Below, piece by piece: positions 11,934-24,888 of a stretch of 64,000 nt of DNA. Position 1 is the first letter of the stretch. Every line of letters begins with the position of its first letter. A model generated the notes under the pieces. It did not search any database, had not been told where the DNA came from, and saw only the letters and a program-made list of their open reading frames with translations. This stretch comes from Octopus vulgaris (lineage: Eukaryota), in assembly GCA_951406725.2 (NCBI GenBank), contig OX597837.1, positions 7,688,001 through 7,752,000 of the forward strand, read 5' to 3'. Position numbers and translations under genes: made by a program.

Positions 11934-12332
11934 ACTGGCTCCTATGCCGGTGGCATGTAAAAAGTACCATCTGAACGTGCTTGTTGCCAGGCCCACCTTG
12001 CAGGCTCCGGTGCCAGTGGCACGTAAAAGCACCAGCTGATCGTGACTGATGCCAGTACTCACTGACTGGCTCCTGTGCTGGTGGCACGTAAAAAGCACCA
12101 TCCAAACATGCTCGTTGCCAGGCCCGCTTTACTGGCTCCTGTGCCGGTGGAACGTAAACTCACCCACTGCACTCTCAGAGTGGTTGGCATTAGGAAGGGC
12201 ACCCAGCTGTAGAAACTCTGCCAGACCAGATTGGGGCCTGGTGCAGCCTACTGGCTGGCTCGACAGTCCTCAGTCAAACCATCCAACCCATGCCAGCATG
12301 GAAAACAGACATAAATCAATGATGATGATGAT
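11930..12332 (+). mobile_element. RTE LINE 3' UTR with internal tandem GGTGGCACGTAAAAAGCACC subrepeats and (GAT)n tail
   Basis: Homology to 1340-1600, 53012-53476 and 58950-59435. Confidence 0.75.
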
Positions 12333-13019
12333 ATATGCTTATGCATGCACAGTCACAGAGGGAATTGCTATCAAGAGTAGAACTGGCAGCACATGCAACA
12401 ACATAGTGAGTTGTAATGATTAGTTGAAATTATCCATGTAATCAGCAGATATGAACTTCTGCCGGAGGACGTTTCATATCTAATGATATCTAATAAAAAT
12501 AAGGGAGATAATCCCAATACTATCAGCTGTGCTAACTACGTTATTGGAAATGGAAGAGGAAAGCAAATAGGAATGGATCTCAACAAGTTACCTCCCTTGC
12601 TGCTCTTTTGTTGATGCTGTTTGGGGGATGTTAAACAGTGATTGGATATGATTTACTGCAGCTTTTCTTGACGCATTAAGAGAGTTTCAGCTATTAAAAC
12701 TGCTTCACATAAAAGGCGTATACACGAATTTGTGTTTATATATATATGTATACACACACTTATATATACACATATATAAATACACACACACATAAAGACA
12801 CACACAAATGTATATGTATGTATGTGTGTGTGTGTGTGTTTTAGTCAGCAGAAAAGTTTCAAAAGTGATTCAAGGGCTGAGAATTTCATGCATGGCACTT
12901 ATCAAACCTGTGTACACGTATATACATATTACATACATATATACATATATATGTATGGACATACAGGTACACACATATATAAACATATACACCCACATTT
13001 GTATGTGTGTATATATATA

Positions 13020-13052
<33 letters not shown>

Positions 13053-13212
13053 AACATATATACATATATATATATAAACATATATATATATATACATAAA
13101 CATATATATAAACATAAACATATATATATATAAACATAAACATATATATATATATATACATAAACATATATATATATACATATATACATAAACATATATA
13201 CATATATACATA

Positions 13213-13247
<35 letters not shown>

Positions 13248-13719
13248 CAATATGCAAAGATGAGAAAAAAGAACGAAGTGGAATATCACAGAGGGTGGGA
13301 GCAAAGAAAGGACAGAGAGGAAGGAAAGAGAGAGGGAAAACAGAGAGAGAGAGAGAGAGGGGGAAATAGAGAGAGGGAGAGAGAATCAATCAACACTGGA
13401 AGAGGAATCCAAGAAGCAACTTTAGCCATCTTGTTAACATTAAATTAGAGTCAGTTTGGAATGTGGTGAAGTCTTGGAGATGGATGTAGGTGTGCGTGGT
13501 GGGAGAGGCAGGTGCTCCAGGTGAGTGTAGCTTTGAGAGGGTGCGTTTAGGGTGTACGTATGTATGTGTATATGTAACTCTCTGTGTGGATGTATGAGTG
13601 TGTGGTGCTTGAAGAGAGAGAGAGAGAGAATGTGTGTGTGTGTGAGTACATGTGTGTGTTGTTTGAGTGTGTGTGTGTGTTTGTTTGGGTGTATATATGT
13701 ATGAGTATATGTAACTGTC

Positions 13720-13752
13720 CATGTGTATGTGTGTGAGAGAGAGAGAGAGAGA

Positions 13753-13793
<41 letters not shown>

Positions 13794-14290
13794 TGTGTGA
13801 GTGTATTTGTGTGTGTGTGTGTGTGTGTCTGTATGTGTGTGTGTGTCTGTATGTGTGTGTGTGTGTCTGTATGTGTGTATGTGTGTGTTTGTGTGTGGGT
13901 GTATGTGGGTGTATGTGTGTGTGTGTGTCTGTATGTGTGTCTGTATGTGTGTGTGTGTCTGTATGTGTGTGTGTGTGTCTGTATGTGTGTGTGTGTGTGT
14001 GTGTGTGTGGGTGTATGTGTATCTGTGTGTGTGTGTGTGTCTGTATGTGTGTGTGTGTGTCTGTATGTGTGTGTGTGTGTGTGTCTGTATGTGTGTATGT
14101 GTGTGTTTGTGTGTGGGTGTATGTGTGTGTGTCTGTATGTGTGTGTGTGTCTGTATGTGTGTGTGTGTGTGTCTGTATGTGTGTATGTGTGTGTTTGTAT
14201 GTGGGTGTATGTGTGTGTGTGTATGTATGTGTGTGTGTGTGTCTGTATGTGTGTGTGTGTGTCTGTATGTGTGTGTGTGTGTGTGTGTGC
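13720..14290. repeat. (GT)n / GTCTGTATGTGT compound microsatellite
   Basis: Direct inspection. Confidence 0.95.
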
Positions 14291-14311
14291 CTTTTCTGTC
14301 TGGGATGAGCT

Positions 14312-14535
14312 TACAAAGGGATGCTGAAAAAGTTCCTGGTTTTGAGTAAAAGGAAAATACAGGAGGATCATTTAATCATGATTTTATCCAACATATTCCC
14401 CCTCTCAGATTCATACAGTTATTGCAGTGGTCCTTCCGTTTTTCTAAGATCTGTTAAAGATCTTGGAAGGTTGGACCTCCAAACAGGCCTTTTGCACTAT
14501 CATTAAACCCAGGAACCTTTCAGTAGCCCCGAGTA
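14312..14535 (-). mobile_element. Mariner deletion-derivative MITE; a further isolated TIR lies near 14557-14587
   Basis: TIRs TACAAAGGGATGCTGAAAAAGTTCCTGG...CCAGGAACCTTTCAGTAGCCCCGAGTA; internal minus-strand TDLRKRKDHCNNCMNLRGEYVG* resembles a mariner transposase C-terminus. Confidence 0.7.
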
Positions 14536-14704
14536 GTATATATACATATATATATTATGAGGAAGCGGTGAAAAGTTCCTGGCTTTAGGTGCAAAGTGCT
14601 GTGCAGTGGGATTGAACTGGAGACCATATGACAAAGAGGCAACATATTTAACCACATACCCATATATGTATGAACATTTATAAATATATATATATATATA
14701 TAGT

Positions 14705-14862
14705 AGGCGCGAGCATGGCTGTGTGGTTAGGGAGCTTGCTTCCTAGCTACATGGTTTCGGGTTCAGTCCCACTGCGTGGCACTTTGGGTAGGTGTCTTTC
14801 ACTATAGCCCCGAGCCGACCGGAGCTTTGTAATTGAATTCGGTAGGTGGAAGTTACTGCCGT
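14705..14862 (+). mobile_element. CORE-like SINE 5' half
   Basis: Homology to other copies. Confidence 0.75.
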
Positions 14863-15097
14863 GTGTGTATGTGTGCGTATAGCTGCTCAGTGCCTCTCCG
14901 AAAGAGAGAGAGTGATATATATATATATAGCTATATATATAAATGTATGTATCGATATATGAAAATATTTGTGTGTATGCATATATATACACACACACAC
15001 ACACACAACACATATATATGCATATATAAGCACACACATATAAATACATATATATACACACACACACATATAAATACATATATATACACACACACAC

Positions 15098-15184
<87 letters not shown>

Positions 15185-15195
15185 CACACACACAC

Positions 15196-15282
<87 letters not shown>

Positions 15283-15333
15283 CACACACACACATATATA
15301 TACACACAAACACACACACATATACACACACAA

Positions 15334-15386
<53 letters not shown>

Positions 15387-15679
15387 TATACATACATATA
15401 TGCAGCATACACAGACACACATATATATATACACACAAACATATAACACACATGCATATAAAAACAAACATTTACACACAAACAGTCAAACACATACATA
15501 CACACATACATACATGCATACATACATATATATACATATATATCCACACACACACACATATACACACAGAGAAATGAGTTGATTTAACATTGGCAACAGT
15601 CTCATTACATAATCACTCTAAACTGCAGTATATCGTGCAATTGTTTGTTTTTTTTTAACAGAGACGCATAGAATTCCCT

Positions 15680-16112
15680 CTTGGGAATTCTCACAGAATT
15701 CTTCATGAAACAAATAAAGATCAGTTAGAAAGAACAGACCTATTACTCTACACGATTGCCTTTGAGATTTATTGCTTGTCATTGTGAAAGAATGTTCTGG
15801 AACCGAAGTCATAACGGCAACACAGTGTCAAAAGGTCTCTGTTTAATTCTTGGTCCAATGACATGGACTCCATAATGTTCGCTTTCTCTAACGATATTGT
15901 CTTCAATTATTCCATCATGTAAATGTGATATTGGTTATTTTGGATCCATTATGAAACCCATTAGCCTTACTTAAATTTCTCAATAGCGTTATGGCATATT
16001 CTCTTCTCAAGGGATCCAAAATATGGTTAGACGCTCGACCGAAATTTACAGGATGACCGTTTCAGGAACTACAAAGGAATAATTGTACATGTTGTCTCCA
16101 TCACCAGCACAT
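15680..16112 (-). pseudogene. Decayed Helitron RepHel PIF1-family helicase, C-terminal segment
   Basis: Across frameshifts: SNHILDPLRREYAITLLRNLSKANGFHNGS / HLHDGIIEDNIVRESEHYGVHVIGPRIKQRPFDTVLP / HSFTMTSNKSQRQSCRVIGLF. These are collinear with Helitron motifs MLLRNL...GLCNGT, IPRI.L.P.D..LP and FAMTINKSQGQ....VGL. Confidence 0.85.
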
Positions 16113-16116
16113 GTAT

Positions 16117-16712
16117 GGTGGCTGTGTGGTTAAGAAGCATTCTTTGCGACCACATAGTTTTGGTTTCAGTCCTGCTGCATAGCACCTTCAGCAAGTATCT
16201 TCTACTATAAACTCAGGCCTACCAAAGCCTTGTGAATGGATTTGGTAGACGGAAACTGAAAGAAGCCCATCATGAGTGTGTGTGTTCATCCTCCTCACCA
16301 CCACTTGAGAACCGAAGTGGGTGTGTTTATGTCCCTGTAACTTAGCTGTTTGGCAAAAGGGATCAATAGAAGAAGTACGAAGTTTTCAAAAATAAGTCCT
16401 GGGATTAATTCATTCAACTAAAAGTTCAAAGCGGTGCTCCAGCATGGCCACAGTCTAATGGCTAAAACAAGTCAAAGATAAGGATTTTGGATTAAATATA
16501 TGTGTTTGTGTGTGTGTATCTTTGTTTTCCCTCTGCCAATGCTTGACAACCATTGTTGGTTTGTTTATGTTCTTTAACTTGGCCGAAGATACCAAAAGAA
16601 TAAGTATCAGACAATTAAAACAAAAACACACAAAAAAAAAAAACGAGTCAATTTATTTAACTAAAACTCTTCAAGGCAGTGCCCCATCATGGCCACAGTC
16701 TAATGACTGAAA
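16117..16712 (+). mobile_element. CORE-like SINE plus a second 3'-half copy, inserted into the helicase relic
   Basis: Homology to other copies. Confidence 0.75.
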
Positions 16713-16920
16713 GAATTTTTCTAATATAAAAAATTAAATATGTTTATTAATAGAAGCAAGAACATAATTTGTAAGGAAATAGTTTCGTTGTGTGTCTGTA
16801 AAGTCTGAAAGATCCAAGACGCTGCCAAAAATTTGATTTACCATTTCACATTTACAGAACAATGGTTTCAAAACAATTTAGAAGCTCAATCCTCCCATCA
16901 AAGATCTGCTGTTCTTCATG
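16712..16920 (-). pseudogene. Upstream continuation of the Helitron helicase relic
   Basis: DGRIELLNCF / EMVNQIFGSVLDLSDFTDTQRNYFLTNYVLASINKHI*..ILEKF resembles the LID.IFG...RAILAP.N.DV..IN..IL segment that precedes the motifs at 15680-16112. Confidence 0.55.
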
Positions 16921-17079
16921 ACAGTTCTGTTAATAAACAGCCGTTCTTCATTTTGGAAGGGAACGACGGAATTGAATAAAAGCAACCACATTTATGGTTC
17001 GTTTTGGTTTTAGTTGTTCTCTTCCAAAACAAAGAATGGGTCTGTATGATAGTCACAATAGCAGCTCAACACATCACCA

Positions 17080-17420
17080 TAATCATCATCATCATCATCA
17101 TCGTTATCACCATCATCATTAAACTTTGTTTTTCCATGTTGGCATGGGTTGGAGGTTTTGACAGGGGCTGGCAAGGCCGGAGAGCTGCACCTTGCTCCTA
17201 TTGTCCGTTTTGGCATGGTTTCTACAGCTGGACACCCCTTCTAAAGCCAACCACTTTACAGAGTGTACTGGATACTTTTTATGTAAGACCGATACAGGTG
17301 CTTCGTATGTGGCACTGACACAGGTGTTTTTAAATGGTACCAGCACAGGTAAAAAGCATCTATACCAGTGCCACAGAAAAAAACCCCACCTGTGCTGGTG
17401 CCACATAGAGAACACCCAGG
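17080..17420 (-). mobile_element. RTE LINE 3' UTR
   Basis: (GAT)n tail on the minus strand and homology to 11930-12332. Confidence 0.7.
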
Positions 17421-17439
17421 ACACTTGCCAACTTGATAA

Positions 17440-17650
17440 TTCTTTCTGATGTAGGCACAAGACCTGAAACCTTAAGAAAGGGCCAGTCAGTTACATCGAG
17501 CTCAGAACTCAACAGATACTGTTTCTATTGATGCTGACAGAATGAAAGCAAAGTCAACCTCAGTGGAATTTGAACTCCGAACATGACAGATGAAATGCTG
17601 CTAAACATTTTGCCCAGCTTGCTAACAATTCTGCCATCTTACTGCTTAAT
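17440..17650 (-). mobile_element. Meta-like SINE, tail B, CpG-decayed
   Basis: Homology to the family head and core. Confidence 0.65.
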
Positions 17651-18542
17651 AGTAATAATAATAATAAAGCACTAGCAGGACCTGTTATTTCATGGAATTG
17701 ATAGTAAAACTATTGGGTTATTTCTGAAAAATTTATCCCAAAACCTGAAAACGTAGCCTGTGTTGTGTCTGTATAGAAAGACAGTGTCTCATCTGCAACT
17801 CATTGAAAAATGAAAGAAATTGGAATACAACGATTACTTAATGCATTTTATATATACACTGTGTATACTTTATGCACAATTTTATAGACTTAATACAGAG
17901 CATTCATAAAATATTCTCTCTTATTTTTCCCCTTAAACAGAAAAAAATAACCAGTACATATGATACAACCTTTAGTTAAATTGCATATATTTGCCATGTT
18001 AATTAGCGTGAATATTTCACGGAATCGCTCTTATGCACATGCGTAAAGCAATAGGGATATAAAAAACTTAGTTCAATTTTTAAAATATATATATTTTACA
18101 CTATCCAATCTCCACCACCACCACCACCATCATCATCTCTCTCTCTCCCCTTCTCTCTCTGCCTTTCTTTAACCTTGCCATCAGAACATCACCCCTCTGT
18201 TGAAATCATTCTCTTCCTCCTACCTCACACCATGGACGCTTCTCTCTCGCTTTTTCTCTCTCCATCTTTTGCTTTCTTTTTTCCTCCTTTTTGCCTTATC
18301 CTCTTTCTCTTCACCTAATCACGTGAAAGCATTATAATTACATTCCCTCTGCCTCACGTCATGGATGCTTCTCTCTCCCACTTTTTCTCTCTCCCTCTTT
18401 TTTTTCTGCCTCTCTTTCTCTAATCACAAGAAAATGTTACCAACGGGCGAAGTAATACAATGACATGCAGAATTATATAATAATAACTATAATAATAATA
18501 ATATTAATAATAATAATAATAATAATGATAATAATAATGATA

Positions 18543-18756
18543 AGTTTCAAATTTTGCCACAAAGGTAGCAACTTTGTGAGAGGGGATGAGTTGATTACAT
18601 CGACCCCAGTGTGCAGCTGGTACTTATTTTATCAACCCTGAAAGGATGAAGGTGAATTTGACCTCAGCTGAATTTGAACTCAGAACGTAAAGACAGTTGA
18701 AATGCCGCTAAGCATTTCACTCAGCATGTTAATGACTCAGCCAGTTCACTGCCTTA
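18543..18756 (-). mobile_element. Meta-like SINE, tail B, flanked by (TAA)n
   Basis: Family head and core. Confidence 0.75.
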
Positions 18757-18771
18757 ATAATAATAATAATA

Positions 18772-19110
18772 GGAGACCCCCTTCGGTCATGAATGATCAT
18801 GGGATTGCGCCTAGAAAGTTTCCCTCCGAGGCACAATTCAGGGCAAGATTGTTTGTGGAAGACCAGCAGTCGCCCATGCATACCGGCGTCCACTCTCCAC
18901 ACCACTGATGTTATCCAAGGGGAGGGCAAAGGGGCCGATACAGCTTGGCACCAGTGACGTCGCAACTCATTTCTACAGCTGAGTGAACTGGAGCAACGTA
19001 AAATAAAGTGTCTTGCTCAAGAACACTACACACAGCTTGGTCCGGAAATCGAACTCACAACCTCACAATTGTAAGCTCTACACTCTAACTACTGAGCCAT
19101 GTACCTTCAC
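18772..19110 (-). mobile_element. Full-length tRNA-derived SINE of a third family, in (TAA)n
   Basis: Minus-strand head GTGAAGGTACATGGCTCAGTAGTTAGAG...GAGTTCGATTTCC; 3' end CCCATGATCATTCATGACCGAAGGGGGTCTC, also present as a fragment at 29412-29488. Confidence 0.8.
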
Positions 19111-19855
19111 AATAATAATAATAATAATGATGATGATAATAATCTTGTTTCATTCCATTACCCTTCAAAACATTTATATCTTGCTATTTATGACCCCTTA
19201 ATTGCAGTAAGCAGCAGAAAAAAGAAGGTTCTCGGGAACAGAGGGAGAGAGAAATAGAAATAGAGAAGAGAAGGAAAAAAAGGTGGTGGTGGTGGTGGTG
19301 GTGGTGGATTGTCAGCTGGAAGAATTACGCAGATGCAAGATGGCGTCTTACCTCCACCCACAACCATCACCTCCTACCACTCACCACCACCACCGTTCAC
19401 CCCGACCACCCCACCCCACCACAACCTAGCCCACACAGACATATCGGACCAGCTTCCTGTTTCAAATCTCTCCAAATTCCTTCACAGTTCTTTGAAAGTC
19501 ACAAACAGATGTGTTTGTTTTAGGTGTGTGTGTGTGTGTGTATGTGTGCGTAATAGTGTGTATGTATAAATGTGTGTGTACATATGTGCACGTGTGTGTG
19601 CCTGTATGTGTATGTATGTGAGTGTGTGTGATATACCTCAGATATTGTCAGGTTTAGACCTGGGGGTGGATTTAGAAGAGACGCACAGACAGACAAAACG
19701 GAGAATTAGAAAAAGAGACTGGCTGACCTATCTGACAGACAGACAGACAGACAGACAGGCAGGCAGACAGGCAAGCAAGGACTTGTAACAGATTGGTACA
19801 TCAAGGCAGAGTTATAAGTTCGTAATAACAGAGAGGGACGAAGAATACAAAGGAG

Positions 19856-19886
<31 letters not shown>

Positions 19887-19918
19887 TAATAATAATGATA
19901 ATAATAATAATAATATTG

Positions 19919-19958
<40 letters not shown>

Positions 19959-19959
<1 letters not shown>

Positions 19960-20172
19960 CCTTTCTACTGAAAGCACAGGGCCTCACATTTGGGGGCAGG
20001 GATTAAGTCGATTACATCGACCCCAGTGCGTAAATGGTACTTTTTTTAATCGACCCCGAAAGGATGAAAGGCAAAGTCGACCTCGGCAGAATTTGAACTC
20101 AGAATGTAACGACAAGCGAAATACTAATAAGTATTTCCTTCGGTATGCTAATGATTCTGCCAACTAATTGCC

Positions 20173-20206
<34 letters not shown>

Positions 20207-20680
20207 CAATAATAGTAATAAGAATAATAATAATAATCCTTTCTACTAAAGGCGCAAAGTTTGAAATTTCGTGGGAGGGAATTAATTGATTACATCAACC
20301 CCAGTGTTTCACTGGTACTAATTTTATCGATCTTCAAAGGATGGAAGGCAAAGTCCACCTCGGCAGAATTCAAACTCAAAACATAAAGATGGATAAAATG
20401 CCGCTAAGCATTTTACCCGTCATGCTAACGGTTCTTCCAGCTCGCCGCCTTAATAATAACCCTTTCTACAAAAGGCACAAGGCTTGAAATTTGGGGAGAG
20501 GGGACTAGTCGATTACCCCCTCCCCCCCCACCCAGTGTTTCACTAGTACTAAATTTATTGACCCTGAAAGGATGAAAAACAAAGTCGACCTCAGCAGGAT
20601 TTGAACTCAGAATATAAAGAGTCGCAGAAATGCTACTAAGCATCTCGTCTGACATTTTACCGATTCTACGAGCTTGCTTT
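19959..20680 (-). mobile_element. Three head-to-tail Meta-like SINEs with tail B, separated by (TAA)n
   Basis: Three CCTTTCTAC...AGGATG...AAAGTC.ACCTC...GAACTC/AAACTC units. Confidence 0.85.
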
Positions 20681-20729
20681 TCTGTTACTAAGTATGGCTT
20701 TCTTTGGGTGAAAGAGAATTCGGTAAGAG

Positions 20730-20763
<34 letters not shown>

Positions 20764-21234
20764 CATGCACTTGAGCATGTGTGAACACTAAATTGCATCC
20801 GTCTGCACAGCTCTATTCCAAAGTGCGCAGTTCTTCGTTGCATGACATTTAAACCAACAGAAAATGCAATAAAACCTGAATTCAATTGCACCTGCTAACT
20901 GTGACAATTCGCATCTAATGCATCAAACTGCAGCACACAAATACACTCACATGCACACAAGCCGCATGCAGCACCCAAACTGCACCAACATGCAGAACAC
21001 TACACTAAGTGTCTAGCTTTTATGGTAAGAATTAAGTGAACTGCAGCATTGTGCATCAATGTTACAAGATGCATAGTTGTTGAATTAGTGATTATGAGCG
21101 AGCGTGGGTGAGTGGTAAGGAATTTGCTTGTCAACCACATGGTTTCAGGTTCAGTCCCACTGCACGTTACATTGTGCAAGTAATGAACAATAGAATCTTC
21201 CGGTTGCCATATTTCTACTGAAAATACACAGCTT

Positions 21235-21515
21235 TTACTCTTTTACTCTTTTACTTGTTTCAGTCATTTGACTGTGGCCATGCTGGAGCACCGCCTTTAG
21301 TCGAGCAAATTAACCCCAGGAATTATTCTTTGTAAGCCTAGTACTTATACTATCAGTATCTTTTGCCGAACCGCTAAGTTTTGGGGACTTAAACACACCA
21401 GCATTGGTTGTCAAGCGATGTTGGAGGAACAAACACAGACACACACACACATATACATATATACGATGGGCTTCTTTCAGTTTCCATCTACCAAATCCAC
21501 TTACAAGGCTTTGGC
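21235..21515 (-). mobile_element. CORE-like SINE
   Basis: Reverse-complement homology to 56692-57097. Confidence 0.8.
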
Positions 21516-21549
21516 CACAGTCAAATGACTGAAACGAGTAATAGAGTAA

Positions 21550-22012
21550 ATGGCAGTGAATTTCTACAGAAAAATGGTAAGGTAAGTGGTGTTTAATTGA
21601 GCTAAATTAAAACTTTTAACCAAAATTTTTTATCCAAATTCAACTTCCAAACATCACCTTAATATTAACTAAACTATTTTATTAGATTTTTTCCTAATTT
21701 CCAAAATTAATTAGAACAAATGCTGTGAATTTCTACAGAAATACAGTAAGGAAATGGTTAAAGTGTTCTAAATTAAAAATTCCAGTCAAAATTTCATGTA
21801 AATTGAAGTTCCAAACATGTCGTTTTATTAAACTCATTATATCCAAAATTAATTGCAACAAAAGCAGATTATTTCAATAGGATTATGATAACACTAAAAG
21901 GGTTAATAATAATAAAGTTATCTTATTGAATTCTTCATTATTTTATCAAAATTAATTGCAGCAAAAGCAGTGAATTTCTACAGAAATACGGTAAGGAAAG
22001 GGATAAGGGGTT
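21550..22012. repeat. Tandem partial copies of the piggyBac-like MITE right half
   Basis: Repeated AAAATTAATT..AACAAA...GTGAATTTCTACAGAAATA..GTAAGG...GGTTAA. Confidence 0.55.
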
Positions 22013-22369
22013 AACAGAACTGCAAGTGATTAATTTGAGATAGCAAAAACAGAGACTTCTGCAGCTGGTTCTAATGAAAGAGATCTTATCTTAAAGCCTT
22101 AGCGAAATAACCCATGTTTTGAACGAAGGATCAAAGTTAGAAGAAATGGTAAGATAGCGCTAGATTGTTATACGGAATAATTAGAGGCTTCGAAGTAGAA
22201 ACCAAAACAGGGAAAAACCTCATTGCCTTTTTATTTTTTTTTAATAAAAATGGAAACCTAATGGAACCATGTTGTTTATTTATTTATATATTTATTTATT
22301 TATTATTTGTTTGTTTGTTTGTCATTTTTTTCTCATTTACGGCAAACATTAAAGCATCTGTTATCGGTT

Positions 22370-22590
22370 ATCTTTTACTTGTTTCAGTTACTAGACTGTG
22401 GCCATGTTGGAGCACTGCCTTGAAGGAATTTTAGTCAAACGAATCAACTACAGTACAAATTTTTTTTTTTTTTTTTTGAAACCTGGTATTTATTCTATCA
22501 GTCTCTTTTGACAAACTGCTAAGTTACAGGGATGTATATACAGCAACAACAGTTATCAAGCAGTGGGGGTGGAGAACACATACACATATG
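22370..22590 (-). mobile_element. CORE-like SINE 3' half
   Basis: Homology to other copies. Confidence 0.7.
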
Positions 22591-22699
22591 TGAAGGTAAG
22601 ATCCCTGGATCAAGATGTAGGAAGATAATAAGCTTCAAGCAGTCTGTAAATGGTATAAAAAAAAACAACTTTCAGTAACTACATTTTTTTAATGACTTA

Positions 22700-23312
22700 G
22701 AAAAGACAGAGAGGAAGAGAGGCAGAAAGAGAGACAAAAAAGAGGGAGAGAGAGAGAGAGAGAGACAGACAGAGAGAGGAAGAGAGACAGAGAGAGGAAG
22801 AGAGACAGAGAGAGGAAGAGAGACAGAGAGAGGAAGAGAGACAGAGAGAGGAAAAGAGACAGAGAGAGGAAAAGAGACAGAGAGAGGAAAAGAGACAGAG
22901 AGAGGAAGAGAGATAGAGAGAGGAAAAGAGACAGAAAGAGGGAGAGACAGAGAGGAAGAGAGACAGAAAGAGAGACAAAGAGAGGGAGACAGAGAGACAG
23001 AGAGAGAGACAGAGAGGAAGAGAGGAAGAGAGACAGAAAGGAAGAGAAAGACAGTGAGGAAGAGAGAGACAGAGAGGAAGAGAGACAGAAGAAGAGAGAC
23101 AGAGGAAGAGAGACAGAGGAAGAGAGACAGAGAGGAAGGGAGACAGTGAGGAAGAGAGACAGAGAGAGGGAGACAGAGAGAGAGACAGAGAGTAAGAGAG
23201 ACAGAGAGTAAGAGAGACAGAGAGGAAGAGAGACAGAGAGGAAGAGAGACAGAGAAGAAGAGAGACAGAGAGGAAGAGAGACAAAGAAATACAGAAAGAG
23301 GAAGAGAGACAG
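22700..23312. repeat. GAGAGACAGAGAGAGGAA (~18 bp) minisatellite
   Basis: Direct inspection. Confidence 0.95.
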
Positions 23313-24082
23313 ATCCACAAAGAACTAAATCTTGGTAGTCTGGTCTGGGACAGACAATATCTTCATATCTTTGTTCAGACAATAATAGACTATAATATTT
23401 TATGCGCAGCCAAACTTTGGTTAAATACGGCACCAAATATGCAAAATTTAGGATAATATCTTTTGTGCATTCATTTATCTCTTTTTTCTTATTTTTATTC
23501 TTTTACAACCTTAAACCATTTGTTTATTTATTTGTTTGTTTGGGTTGTTGTTGTTTTTTAAATTCCAATACCAACAAAGGCTTATAGTCTACATGTGTCT
23601 ACATGTAGCACACACACACCTCAGCTGTTTTATTTCTATCAGTTAATTAAAAACAACATACTTATGTTTTAAGTCTTCTGTTTATAACAAAGTTAGTAAA
23701 ATGAACACACACACAAACTGTATAATATTTTTATCCCAGTAAGACACCCCCCCACACACACATATTTCTATCTATCTATTAATCTATCTATCTATCTTAT
23801 TCACACGCATACATATTTAAACATACACACATTAAATACTTAATCTGCCTCATAGTAATGTATGAACATTTTACATAGCTATATATATATACATATACAA
23901 ATACCTACAAACACTTTCAGTTTTCAATCAATATCTGAGTCATTATCTCTCTCTCTCTCTCTCACACACACACACGCATGCATACATACATACACAAACA
24001 CACACTCACGTCGCACAATATATATACTAACGTATACACACTTACAGACACACACGCACGAGCGTACGCCTTCAGTATATAT

Positions 24083-24246
24083 ATTTCTTTATTGCCCACA
24101 AGGGGATAAACAGAGGGGACAAACAAGGACAGACAAAGAGATTAAGCCGATTATATCGACCCCAGTGCGAAACTGGTACTTTATTTATCGACCCCGAAAG
24201 GATGAAAGGCAAAGTCGACCTCGGCGGAATTTGAACTCGGAACGTG
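24083..24246 (-). mobile_element. Meta-like SINE, tail A, 5'-truncated, CpGs intact
   Basis: Near-identical to the array unit at 54299-56390. Confidence 0.85.
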
Positions 24247-24286
24247 ATAAAACACGCAAAAACTATTTTCCAATCAATATCCAAAT

Positions 24287-24323
<37 letters not shown>

Positions 24324-24327
24324 ACAT

Positions 24328-24372
<45 letters not shown>

Positions 24373-24680
24373 GAAAACGAAACAAAGAATAACAGGAATT
24401 CCGTTATAGTAGACAAGAATGAGCGCGTGTCTCCATATGTCTGTGGAAGGGCAAAATTTCAGAGGCTTAATGCAAGGGCAACAACTCTTACACAGACGCA
24501 CATACACACAGTGTAACGCACTTACCACCCTTACACAGATATTAAGGGAGGCGGGTTAATAGATTCTTAACAAATGTGTGTGTGTGTGTTTGTTTGGTTA
24601 TATAGCTGTGTCTGTTTTTTATGTGGCCGTGTGTTTACGTAACACGAATTCGTGTAGTTGGACAAGCGAGGGACTGATTA

Positions 24681-24849
24681 TGCAGGAGTGGCTGTGTGGT
24701 AAGTAGCTTGCTTACCAACCACATGGTTCCGGGTTCAGTCCCACTGCGTAGCACCTTGGGCAAGTGTCGTCTACTATAGCCTCGGGCTGACCAAGGCCTT
24801 GTGAGTGGATTTGGTAGACGGAAACTAAAAGAAGCCTGTCGTGTATATG

Positions 24850-24888
<39 letters not shown>

